Below are positions 1 through 11,608 of a stretch of DNA of 64,000 nucleotides, piece by piece (position 1 is the stretch's first letter; the number at the start of each line of letters is the position of its first letter). The position numbers were made by a program, and so were the translations under genes. Under the pieces are notes generated by a model. It worked only from the letters and a program-made list of their open reading frames with translations. It was not told the origin of the DNA and ran no database searches. Source of the DNA: Chrysemys picta bellii (Eukaryota); assembly GCF_011386835.1 (NCBI RefSeq), contig NC_088797.1, forward strand, positions 744,001 through 808,000, written 5' to 3'.

Positions 1-3000
1 TCCGCCAGGACCTCGTCCTCCAAGTCCTCGGGGGGGCGGTCCTCCGACTCCAGCAGGCCTTGGGCAATCAGCTCCTCTTTGAGACCGCCCCTCCAGGGAC
101 TTGGTGTGGGGGACGCTGCAAGAGAGAAGAGCGCTGCTGTGAGCCCCCGGCAGCCCAGCACCCCGGCTACCGCAGCAGCACAGCCTGCCAGCTCCTGCCC
201 CTCCCCCTTGTTCCCGCTTCCCCTCTGCCAAGGGGCAGGCAGGGCTGGCCCTCACTCCAGAAAGGAGGCAGTGAGAACTAACCCATCTCCCTGCCCGGAT
301 CTCACCCACAGGCTGGCCGCTCTCCGAGTCCAACTCCGCAAGAGCACGAGCCCATTCCTCTCCCTTTGCTCTGGGGCTGCCTGCTAGGCACAGGAGAGCC
401 CGGGCTCTAGTGCGCTGGATCTCAGAGGGGCCAGGAGAGTTTCTGCTCAGGTGCGGAGCACACCAGGCTCTCTAACCCTTGAACTGCTCCCTGAGCAATT
501 CCTCCATGCCTCTAGACACGAGAAGAGGAGTTTCTTTCTCTGCTTCTACTACAATTCTGTGAGGGGTCAGCAAGCATGTGGACAAGGGGGAAGCCAGTGG
601 ATCCAGTGTACTTAGATATTCAGAAAGCCTTTGACCAGGTCCCTCACCAAAGGCTCTTAAGCAAAGGAAGCTGTCATGGGAGAAGAGGGAAGGTTCTCTC
701 ATGGATCAGTAGCTGTTTAAAAGATAGGAAACAACAGGCAGGAATAAATGGTCAGTTTTCAGAATGGAGAGAGGTAAATAGTGGTGTCCACCAGGGGTCT
801 CTACTGGGCCCAGTCCTATTCAACATATTCATAAATGATCTGGAAAAGGGGGCAAACAGTGAGGTGGCAAAATTTGCAGATGATACAAAACTAGCCAAGA
901 TAGTGAAGTCCCAGGCAGACCGCGAAGAGCTACAAAAGGATCTCTGAAAACTAGGTGACTGGGCAACAAAATGGCAGATGAAATTCAATGTTGATAAATG
1001 CAAAGTAATGCACATTGGAAAACAGAATCCCAACTATCCATATAAAATGATGGGGTCTAAATTAGCTGTTACCGCACAAGAGAGATCTTGGAGTCATTGT
1101 GGACAGTTCTCTGAAATCATCCACTCAATGTGCAGCGGCAGTCAAAAAAGCAAACAGAATGTTGGGAATGGCTAGACAACTATGCACACGCTAAATAAAT
1201 AAAATTAAGAAAGGGATAGATAACACAGAAAATATTGTATTGCCTCTATATAAATCCATGGTATGCACACACCTTGAATAATGTGTGCAGATGTGGTCGC
1301 CCCATCTCAGAAAAGCTATATTGGAATTAGAAAAGGTTTAGAAAAGTGCAACAAAAATGATTAGGGGTATGGAACAACTTCCGTATGAGGAGAGATTAAT
1401 AAGACTGGGACTTTTCAGCTTGAAAAAGAGACGACTAAGGGGGGATATGATAGAGGTCTATAAAATCATGACTGGTGTGGAGAAAGTAAATAAGAGTGTT
1501 ATTTACTCCGTCTCATAACACAAGAACTAGGGGTTACCCAATGAAATTAACGGGCAGCAGGTTTAAAACAAACAAAAGGAAGTATTTCTTCACACAATGC
1601 ACAGTCAACCTGTGGAACTCCTTTCCTGAGGAGGTTGTGAAGGCTAGGACTATAACAGGGTTTAAAAAAGAACTGGATAAATTCATGGAGGTTAAGTCCA
1701 TTAATGGCTATTAGCCAGGACGGGTAAGGAAGGGTTTCCCTAGCCTCTGTTTGTCAGAGGGTGGAGATGGATGGCAGGAGAGAGATCACTTGATCATTGC
1801 CTGTTCTGTTCATTCCCTCTGGGGCACCTGGCATTGGCCACTGTCAGCAGACAGGATACTGGGCTGGATGGACCTTTGGGTCTGACCCAGTCTGGTCGTT
1901 CGTAAGTTCTTCCCTTACAGCCCCGGCGCATCCACCCCAGGCCTGAGGGGCACCTCAGCGCATTCAGACCAGGCTCTTCCAGAAGCGAGGAGGAATTTCC
2001 TGGGCAGAAGAACCTCTTGGCCAGCCTGCCAGCCCCCTGGCTGGCCGCATGGAGCTGCTCACCTGAAGGGTTTGTTCCTGGCTGCGGGGCGAAGTACCGG
2101 CACCGTCAGCTCCCGAGTCTTTGCCCGCCAGCTCTGGGATCGGGGAGTCCTCGATGGGCGAGATGATGTTCTCCTAGGAGAGGGAGGGTGAGTTCCAAGC
2201 TGCTGGGACCCACGCCCCACGGGATCTGGCAGCCAGGCTCACCCGGGAGCCTCACTTACCTCGACAAGTGCCTGCAGGAGGCGCTGCGTCAAGGCCCAAA
2301 AGGGCAGCCGTCCTCAGGCTGCTCCTGCTGGACTCCGACTTCTTCAGCAGGGCGTCCACATCTGGGAGGGAGGCGAGAAGGAAGCGGTGAGCAAAGCGGC
2401 AGTTGCAGCAGAACAGGGCCTAGCAGCCTCCGCTCTGGGACTCCCCAGCTGCCCCGTGCAAGGCTGGCATGTCCACCACTCCCCTGCACCAGGGCCTGGG
2501 ACTCTCCAGCCATACGGGCGAGGCTGGCACACACCCTTACCCCCCCACCCACACACCCCTCAGTGCTGGGCATGGACGAACCCCCCCTCAAATATATGTC
2601 ATCCAGTCCCTCCATTGTGGTGCTGCCCGGGGGGCGGGGAGCAGAGGCACCTTTTGTGTCCAGCTCTGTTAACGGTCCCAGGATGCCTTTCTTCTTGTCA
2701 GCAGCAGCTGCTGCCCGGGCGCCATCCTTCTGCTCCTCCAGCAGATCCTCCTGGGCCCAGCGCTGAGAGTAATGCTTCCCCAGGGGTGGGATCTACAAAA
2801 GCAGGACAGCGAGAGCAGGAGCTCGGGGAGCTGGGCTCAGAGTCCCTGCAGCCCCTCTCCAACCAGAGACGTGGCAGAGCATGGCCTTATGCCTCCCTCT
2901 GCACCCCACGCTGACAAGCAGTGCCGGGCGTCTCAAGGTGCCAGCTGGCTGTGAGCAAGCCCTGCTGGGATCTCTGCAGAGAGCTGATGCAGGTCCTATA

Positions 3001-6000
3001 AGGGCCACTCCTTGGGCACATGCCAAGAGCTTCCGAATTCCTGCCTGAGGAAGGGCACAGCGTGGCAGTCCCAGCTGCTGCCCTGCCAAGGCCGGGGGGG
3101 GGAGTGGGCTGGGCCAGGGGCTCTCCAGAGGCTGGCACTTGCACAGACAGGAGGAGCTGCAGGGGACTCTGCCAGAGGCTGGCACTTGCACACATGGGCA
3201 GTGTCCCTTGCAGTTTGGGTCCCACCCCAGCACAGCACGCGCTCAGGTCACCGGCTTGACCAGCACAAGACGACCCAGCTGCCAGCTGCAGCCTACATGA
3301 AGAGTGTCGTGGACTCCATTAGTCACTCCTGCACCCATACGTGGCCAGAGGGGCAGCTGGGCCGGTGCCCGGGCGCTCTCGCTGGGTGTGCTGGGAGGGC
3401 AGCGGGTGAGTACCAGTCAGGGTCACGTGGGGCAGCTGGGCCGGTGCCCGGGCGCTCTCGCTGGGTGTGCTGGGAGGGCAGCGGGTGAGTACCGGTCAGG
3501 GTCACGTGGGGCAGCTGGGCCGGTGCCCGGGCGCTCTCGCTGGGTGTGCTGGGAGGGCAGCGGGGTGAGTACCGGTCAGGGGTCACGTGGGGGCAGCTGG
3601 GCCGGTGCCCGGGCGCTCTCGCTGGGTGTGCTGGGGAGGGCAGCGGGTGAGTACCGGTCAGGGTCACGTGGGGCAGCTGGTCCAGAAGACTCCTGCTTCT
3701 CGCTATGGTCTGGATTTTCATATACCTCTCTGGAGGCCTGTCCCACCCCTGACTCTGAACAGCGATTGGGTTAGTGTCCCACCGATCGGCCTGAAATAGC
3801 AGGACCAGTGTGTCTGTCCGAATGAACGGGGGGATTGTTCGGCATTTGGGACAGGCACTCTTTGGAACATTGTTAAAGCAGGTATTTCGGCCCAGAAATT
3901 CGGCTTGGCCACCGATTTGGAAGTTTTCAGTATATTTCAGGCTCCATTTTCCCTGGAGTGGGCACAAACTGTCTCCAGGTGCCACGTCTTTTAGCTGCAT
4001 TAAGCAGCAGCAGATTAAGATGCATTTGCACTGATCGCTGTAATGCTGCAGTTTAACACTAAACCCCTTCGGAGGCCAGCGCATTTCATCTTCCTAATTC
4101 AGCTGTCCACCCCGGCGCTGCACACGAGTCCTAGGTGACCTCGGGCATACGCAGAGCTGTGCTGAGTACTCCGCGATGCTGCACATTTCTATAGACACTT
4201 AGAGATAAACCCCTGGTCAGGGACCTTCTTGTTGGCGCTGGTATCAGAGCTCGCTCAGGGCAGGGGTAAGGCTGCGCACGCAGCTTTCCCTCAGGCTCCC
4301 GACGTGGGGCTTGGCCAGGCCATTTTGAGGTGACTTCTGCATTCCGGCCCCACGTCCAGCACAACAGGGCTGAGCCGCAGTCACGATCTCCTCCCCCACA
4401 CTGAATGTACTGCTCTGCTCTCCGTTCCACGATGCCCACGAGGGCAGCTCTGCTGCTCCAGCCAGGCTCTCAGTCCGCGCTGCCCAGTGGGGGATCTGAG
4501 CGCTCACGGACTAACAACTGTCCCTGCCCGCCCCCTCCGCTGGGGAACGGGGGTTTCTCACTGAAAGCCACCTGCGGGGCCAGGGCCCCTGGCCCAGCAC
4601 AGGCAGGAGCTTTGGGCATGGCCCGCAGCATGCAGAGGTCTAGTCTCATTCAGATCCTGAGGCTGCAAGTGCCCCAGTGTGGGGCCGGCCTGCGAGGAGG
4701 GCTGCTGTCTCCTGCTCCCTTGCAGCAGGCAGTTTGATTGTGTCTGAAAAGCAGAGGGAGGCCCAAGTGTTGGAGCAGGGGACAAGCTGTTCAGATACCC
4801 AGGGCCTGAGCCACTTAGTGCCCTGGAAATGACACGAAATGGGTGGCTGTGTTCCACAGCGAGCCCAGCCCCGCTCTGCTGCCTAGAACGGGGGCAAAAC
4901 AGCACTGGCCTCACAGGAGTACAGCCTCCAGCCCGGCCTGCATTGCCCCAGCACAGACAAGCGGTAGCCACGGCCTCTATCACAGCCCCGTGGCACTGCC
5001 CGGATCCAGAGGGGAGGGAACGGCCCACAAACACAGGCCTTTGCTGCCTGCTTTGCCCCAGTGGAGTCGGCACCCGCCGCGAGGCACAGGACTGCAGAGA
5101 CCAGACAGCAGGATAGTGTGGGGCTGGGAGGGGGCTTGCGCTGAGGTTTTTACCTTGAAGTGCTCAGCCTCATCCTCCGGGGGTTTGAGCAGCTCCTCCA
5201 GGGTTCGCACCTCCTCACTGGTCAGGTCAGCACAGTAGGGCTCCACTGAGGCCCAGAACCTGCAGGGCAGAGCAAAGCAGGCACTCAGAGGGAAGGGGGC
5301 AGGTGGCTGCCCCAAGCCGGGAACAGAGCCGCTGACTTGAGCTGTGGCTCCTCCTCTACCCAGGAGATGGACCCTGGGCCAGACCAGACTTCACTCTCGC
5401 GCCCTCCAAGCTCCAACTCAGCTTTGAACCCGGAGCATCAGGGAAATGAGTGTTCTCCTTGGGAACCCCTCAGTGTCCCTTTGCTCACTGCCCCAGCTGT
5501 CTCCACCCCACTCTCCCAGTATCCCTTCACACACACACCCCATACCTGTTCGGGGCATCGTTTTTGGGGATCCGAGGCATGTCAACTGGGTCGTCTGGAA
5601 ATTCATATTCTTGGATCTTGGCTGGAGATTCTTGGATTTGGGCCGCCCAGGGCCGGGCCCTGTGCCATGGCCACCCCTTCCCCTCTAGTTTCTGCTTCTT
5701 GGGCTTGCCGTGTTTAACTGGGGTGCCCAGTTCATGCTCTTTGCCCAGCTTCAGGAACCGCCTGTCCCCCTTCTTGTCCTGCCAGTCTGTCCAAAATCTG
5801 AAAGAGAATGGCCTGTGTCACACCAGACAGGCAGCTGGCTGCGCCCAGAACCAGGAGGGGAAAGGGAAGGGTCTAGTTCCATCAGGACCCTTGCCCTCGG
5901 TGAGCGTGTCTGCCCTCCCCTTTTCCCTAGCAACCATCATGCTGTCTTTCCCCTCAGGCCCCTGTTCTCCCTGGTGGATGGCACCGCTCTACAGCTTGCA

Positions 6001-6931
6001 GGGAGCACTGAGGCACAACCCCCAAGCCGGGCTGTGCTGCGGCATTGTCTGCCACGGGAGGGAGGAACCAGCCCTGGGGAGATGGCACATTGAACAAAAC
6101 AGGGGCTAGCCACTCTACGGAGCAATTCCAGGCACAGAGAAAACAAGCCAACTGGCCTCCTGGTCAGAGCCAACCCACAGAGCAACAACCAGTGACCCAG
6201 CTGCAGCCGATACCGAAAGGCAAAGGTTCTTGGCCTTTTAGGCCAGATGGGGCCATTAGATCACGCAGTCTGACCTCCTGTACAGCACAGGGCCCTGGCC
6301 ATTACCATCACCCAGCCACCCCAATAACTTGTGACATTACTTGGGACTCTGTTATGCTGTTCACTCTGAAGAGTAATGACAACTCATCAAACCCCAACAT
6401 GTTAACCATTTCACTGCTGGCTTGTTTGAAGCCCGCAGGTTCTACCCCCCTGCTGCTGGGTCAGCACTGCCACCAAGTGGCTCTTGGCATGGGCACCAAA
6501 TGGGCTGTGTGAGAAGTGGGGGGAGCTTTGCAAATATGGGGTACCTTTTCCATCGGACATAGAAGGGACTTCCCTCCTGGGCCCAAACGGTCCCTGGCAA
6601 AGGGCCAGGGAGCCAAGACTAATGGACTCCAGCTGCTGCCGAGCCGTGACCCTGGGTGGCCTGACCTCCCCATGCCCATCACCCAGGTATCCCAGGCCAC
6701 CCCGAGGAACTAGGGAGCCCGACCTGCGTCTCTGCCTCCAGCACCCGCAGCCTGCGCTGGCCGAGGACAGCAGCGTCTCCAGCTCCAGCTGCAGCGTGTC
6801 GAGCTCCTCGATGCCGATGCCATCGTCCTCGGAGCGGGCCAGCACGGCGGTGTAGCGTGGGGCAGACCTTCAGATGATCCACCGACTTGAAGTCGTGGAA
6901 CTGCAGCGGGCAGTCCCTTGAGCTCGCTCAT
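1..6931 (-). CDS. TADA3: Transcriptional adaptor 3 (SAGA/ATAC subunit); 7 coding exons visible, 3' end outside the window; 10 single-base indels in this assembly
   Basis: GT-AG exons at 6931-6724, 5797-5546, 5259-5154, 2792-2651, 2361-2260, 2173-2063 and 115-<1. After indel correction they translate to [56 protein letters not shown]..., [59 protein letters not shown]..., [13 protein letters not shown]... and VPHTKSLEG..., matching human TADA3 as recalled. Confidence 0.95.
545..1910 (+). mobile_element. 5'-truncated CR1 LINE (ORF2 RT C-terminal part plus 3' UTR)
   Basis: Translations [32 protein letters not shown]...[20 protein letters not shown] and [13 protein letters not shown]...[14 protein letters not shown] are CR1 ORF2, followed by a CR1-type 3' UTR. 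Several frameshifts. Confidence 0.95.
3351..3681. repeat. ~79-bp minisatellite, ~4.2 copies (TADA3 intron)
   Basis: GGGCAGCTGGGCCGGTGCCCGGGCGCTCTCGCTGGGTGTGCTGGGAGGGCAGCGGGTGAGTACCGGTCAGGGTCACGTG recurs at about 3351, 3430, 3509 and 3590. Confidence 0.95.
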
Positions 6932-6959
6932 CGCCCAGCCAGGCGCTGGGGTTCGGGGG

Positions 6960-7790
6960 CGCCGGGATACGGGGGGGTGCAGGACGCAGGGGGCACAGGA
7001 CAAGGGGGGGGGGGGGGTTATGGATACAGGGGAGCCGAGATACAGGGGGCGCAGGACGGACTGGGATACGGTGGGTGCGGGACGGGGTTGGGGGCAGTGG
7101 GATACGGGAGCACCAGGCTTGGGGGTGCAGGACGCGGGGGGCGCCGGGCTGGGGGTGCGGGGCCCGGGGTGCGCTGGGGTTTGGGGGTTCCGGGCTGGGC
7201 GGGGGGGGTGCAGGACGCGGGGGGCGCTGGGATATGGGGGCACCGGGCTGCGGGCAGGACCAGGGGGCGCTGGGGTTTGGGGGTGCCGGCCTGGGGGGGT
7301 GCGGGGCCCGGGGTGCGCTGGGGGTTTGGGGGTTCCGGGCTGGGCGGGGGGGTGCAGGACGCGGGGGGCGCTGGGATACGGGGGTCGCTGGGCGGGACCA
7401 GGGGGCGCCGGGCTGGGCGGGGGGGTGCAGGACGCGGGGGGGCGTTGGGATATGGGGGCGCTGGGATATGGGGGCGCCGGGCTGGGGGGGGTACAGGACG
7501 CGGGGTGCGCTGGAGTTTGGGGGTTCCGGGCTGGGCGGGGGGGTGCAGGACGCGGGGGGCGCTGGGCGGGACCAGGGGGCGCCGGGCTGGGGTGCGGGAC
7601 CAGGGGGCGCCGGGCTGGGCGGGGGGGGGGTACAGGACGCGGGGGGGCGCTGGGCGGGACCAGGGGCGCCGGGCTGGGCGGGGGGGGGGTGCAGGACGCG
7701 GGGGGCGCCTGGGGATATGGGGGCGCTGGGATATGGGGGCGCCGGGCTGGGGGTGCGGGGCGCGGGGGCGGGACCAGGGGGCGCTTCCGG
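6960..7790. repeat. Complex G-rich minisatellite upstream of the TADA3 first coding exon (probable intron 1)
   Basis: Recurring GGGGGGTGCAGGACGCGGGGGGCGCTGGG and GCCGGGCTGGG motifs. Confidence 0.85.
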
Positions 7791-7899
7791 GTGGCCGGTC
7801 CCTGCCGCGGAGGCCTCAGGCCGCGCCCCCGGCGCTCGCGGGTCCAAGGAGACGGCGGCGCTCGGCGGGGCGGCCGCTACCACTGACACGCCGGGGGAG

Positions 7900-8345
7900 G
7901 GGGGGTCCCTACAGTACTTCCGGCGGCTCAACACCACTCTCGGCCCTTCCAGCCCCCGTAGCCCCAGGTGGCCATACCCGATACCCCATTGGCTGGGCGC
8001 CACCCAGAGACCCCGCCCCATTGGTTGAACAATCTCACTCTCCGTTCCCTAATATGGAAGCAGCGGCCGGACTGTACCAAGTGCGGGATGGGGGGGGGGA
8101 AGAGGAGCCCCGGCGCTCACAGTGGGGCCGCGGCGCCCGAGCGCTCCCCCCCGCGCGAGCTGCCGGTGTCAGGGGTCGGCGCGGCCGGTCCCATTCCCGG
8201 CCAGGAGGGAGGCTGGGATGAGAAACCCCCCGCGGGCGGGTAATGGAACGGCCGCCCATCCCGGAAGAGAGGAGCCGCCGCGGCTGCACCCGCCACTTCC
8301 GCTTCCTGGGAGCCGGACGGACCGGACCGGACCGAAGCTGCCGCT
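7900..8345. promoter_or_regulatory. CpG-island bidirectional promoter shared by TADA3 (-) and ARPC4 (+)
   Basis: CpG-dense and lies between divergent genes. ETS-like ACTTCCGG at ~7915, ACTTCCGCTTCC at ~8295, and two inverted CCAAT boxes (CCATTGG) at ~7986 and ~8018. Confidence 0.75.
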
Positions 8346-11300
8346 ATGGTAGGGGCTGGGGGCGCGGCGGTCCGGGGGAGGTGAAGGGACCGGCGAGGCC
8401 GGGTCGGGGGAGCCGGGGCGCTAGGGATGAGGACGGGGCCTGGCTCAGGTGGAGGGGTCGGGCCAGGCCGAGGCTGGGGCGGGGGGCGAGGCGGGGCGGG
8501 CAGAGATGAGGCTCGGGGGGGTCGGGCTGGGGCTGGCGGGGGTGTGTGGTGAGGCGGGGCGCTAGGGATGAGGACGGGGGGGGGTGAGGCTGGCCCAGGT
8601 GGAGGGGGTCGGGGCGTGGGGGGGGGCGAGCCGGGGCGCCAGGGATGAGGCCGGGGGAGGGGGGTCCGGGCCGGGGGGGCGAGGCCGAGCCTGGGCGCCA
8701 GGGCTGAGGCCGGGGGGGTCTGGGGCGTTGGTGGCTCTCGCCCTTGTTCTGACGTCCTCGCTCTCCCAGACTGCCACTCTGCGCCCCTACCTGAACGCGG
8801 TGCGCGCCACGCTGCAAGCTGCCCTGTGCCTGGAGAACTTCTCCTCCCAGGTGGTGGAGCGACACAACAAGCCGGAGGTGGAAGTCAGGGTACTGGGAGG
8901 GGTTGGAACCCCGAGATGGGCGGGGGGGACGACACTTAAGTCTGCTGAAGCCCTGCATGTCCTGAGGGCTTGGAGCCCCTGTCCCTGGGGGGTTGGCTGC
9001 TTGCTCAGGGCAGTGCCTCTCACCAGGGAGGCCCGGGGGCTAAGGCTGGGAGAAGCGTCATGAGTTATGGAGCAGCGAACAGCTTCCTAATAATCTGTTT
9101 TCCCCTTCTCTCCCCCCCCCCCCCCCCCAGGTTCTAGTCCCGGTCTGTTTCCCTTCACTTCCGTTCTCGGTCGTCTTGCCCAGCCAGTCCCAGTTCCCCC
9201 TTCCTCTTTGACTGATCTGCTATGCCTTCTAGCCAGCTCTCAGCCCCAGTCTGCCCCTCCCCCCCCCAAGCTATCCCACCCCCAGGTTCAGCCCTTGTCC
9301 TTTCTATACTAGAGTCAGTATGTTTTCTTCTCCATGCTGCACAGGACAAACCATCTCTCCCAACCCCTGCTCCCAGGCATGACCTGACTTTGCCCCACCA
9401 CTATTCCCTCCCTGCAAGTGCTGGTGCACCGCACCAAGGAGCAATGGCCAGGAAAGTCCTGCTCACCCTGGGTTGGAGCATGCTCAGTGCAGACAAACTC
9501 TTTGCAGAGTTTAGCTGGTGAACTCTGAGGTCTCCATAGAGCATGGGTGAACTTCGAGTTTTTCAAAGGCTAGAACACACTTGAGCAATTTTTCACAGGG
9601 ACAACAAAAGGGGCTCCTCACTGACACCACAATGACCCCCTTGCCAAATTTCTAGTCCGTGCTGCAAAGCACTAGAGCGTCTCAATGAGATGGTTTTAAG
9701 GATTGTTTTAACATGGGCAAAATATATTTTCCTCTAAAGTTGGTCAGATGGTTGAACCGTTTTTGCTGAGACTTAATATTCAGCCTGAATCAGATGCCCA
9801 GCGTGGGAAATTTCAGCCTGAGTGGCTACAGTTTGACCCAGTTTATATGCAGTTAAAATCAGTGTCTTATTGTAGGAAGTGTTGGGCAGCCTTAAGTATA
9901 GGCATCCAATACCAGCTTTGCCTATAATGTTGTTCTCAAGAAACCATATTGAGTCCCTACTGTCAATTGATAAGGTAATTTTGTTAAATATATTTACTGC
10001 TCATATTTTCCATTTAACAATGTCCCTTAAAAGAAAATGTGTTGCTGATTAAATCACGGTAACAGAATTTAATTAAACCAGCAATCCCTGGGTCAGGCTG
10101 TTTTGTTGTCATTTAATTTTTTGTCATGAAATGTGCATTTCTGAGTACTTGAGGAAAGCAATGCGTGTTCAGCAGACAAGTCCCTTCCTGGCTTTAATTA
10201 ATAATACATGGCTCTTCCATGGCAGAGTGCTTGCAGATTGTATTGTCGTCATGCAGTCAAAGGACACAGTTGAGGTTGCTGCAATGTTTGCTGTTTAGAA
10301 TGTTTCAGTGGGAGGCTGAGGTGTCCTCCATCGCCACACGGGACTGGCTGTACTGCTCTGGAGAATGGGAACTGGAATGTCCTGCCATCCCTAGTTGATA
10401 TTCCTATCCCTTGGGGGCTCAAAGTGCCGGTTGTGTGGGGGAAAGCTTGCATTGCAGCTGTCCAGTGGGACCCGAACCCTGCAAGTGCCACTTTCCGTTG
10501 CTCCCTTCAGCTACTGTCTTGGGACTTTGAAGCCTTGGGGAGGCATAGGCTTTGTTCCTGCAGGATGGTCCCTGGCTATGGAGGCCTTGTGATCCCAGGG
10601 GAACCCTGTGTGTTACTCTGCTCTCAGTAGTTTCTTCGGTTTACCTTTAGCCCCTTGTCAGAAGAAAGATGTGAGAGTCCCTGTGATAGTGAGGGTTGAT
10701 GCTCACGTGGAGGCTGCCCGGGATAACCCGATAAATGTGAATTTAAAACATTGTTTATATCAAGAAAACATTCTCATGTAAAAAGCGAGAGAGAGTCCTG
10801 TGGCACCTTATAGACTAACAGACGTATTGGAGCATAAGCTTTCGTGGGTGAATCCCCACGTCGTCAGAGCACGAAAGCTCATGCTCCAATACGTCTGTTA
10901 GTCTATAAGGTGCCACAGGACTCTTAATCTGGATCTGTACAAAGTGACCAACACGGCTACCCCCTGATACTTGATTCTCATGTAGAGAAGGTCTTACACA
11001 GCCCTTTGCAGGCAAGGTGTCCTTTCCCTCCTCCCCCTCTGCCAAGCCACTGGCTACAGCTTAAGGGTCTTGGCTGCTCATTGGCTGCGTCTAGTGTGAG
11101 TCTCAGTCTAACTCCTAGTGCAGGGTTCCACACACATGTCACAGCTGGCACAATTGGTACTAATTACCCATCTGGTCAGGCCCATCAGGGAAGCTGAGGA
11201 CTGGACGGACCAAGGAGGCTTGTGGGGGGCTCCTGTGGGACAGAGATGAGGCATGTTGGCAGGGGTAGTGCTGCTCATGCTGGACTTGTTCAGTCCCCAG

Positions 11301-11598
11301 AGCTGTACATCTGGCATCAGTGCTATGTACAAAAGTGCAAGCTTCTGTATTACAATGAGGTTCCTACACTTTTCCCCAGCTGCAAGTGGCCAGGTGAGTG
11401 AGCAATTCCTGGTGGGTGGCTGCCCCTTGTGTCATGCACGTGCATTGGGCTGGCAGGTGCTCCCTCCTCCATGCATGCTGATGTCTTTCCTGGGTTTGCA
11501 GGAGTAGCAAAGAGCTGCTGTTGCAGCCGGTGATCATCAGCAGGAATGAGAAAGAGAAGGTTCTGATCGAGGGGTCCATCAACTCCGTGAGAGTCAGC
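8346..11598 (+). CDS. ARPC4: Actin-related protein 2/3 complex subunit 4, partial (3' half lost in the N gap)
   Basis: Exon 1 is ATG only (8346-8348, then GTAGGG). Exon 2 (8770-8888) reads [39 protein letters not shown](R). Exon 3 from 11502 reads [32 protein letters not shown] and then hits the Ns at 11599. Confidence 0.95.
10781..10963 (-). mobile_element. Short Penelope-derived hairpin element with a degenerate hammerhead motif
   Basis: 55-bp inverted arms at 10792-10846 and 10870-10924 (1 mismatch). 11-bp direct repeat ATTCTCATGTA at 10770-10780 and 10964-10974. Same termini as the element at 42754-42964. Confidence 0.8.
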
Positions 11599-11608
11599 NN
11601 NNNNNNNN
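11599..11608. other. Assembly gap (10 N)
   Basis: Run of Ns interrupting ARPC4 exon 3. Confidence 1.

Noticed and set aside
3351-3681. CRISPR-like array or repeated splice donors (GGGTGAGT in each unit)
   Set aside because: Head-to-tail identical units with no unique spacers in a vertebrate genome; the donor-like motif is on the strand opposite to TADA3.
1-6931. TADA3 as a true pseudogene
   Set aside because: All lesions are G/C run-length changes; there are no nonsense substitutions, splice sites are intact and the protein is conserved. Assembly error is more likely (kept as a finding to verify).
6870-8221. Long Gly/Pro/Arg-rich ORFs (383, 444 and 322 aa); similar ones at 11350-12774, 14613-16031, 29906-32331, 33244-34019, 38727-40651, 47480-49638 and 61888-63873
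   Set aside because: They are translations of stop-poor G/C minisatellites, open in several frames on both strands, and overlap introns of the real genes.
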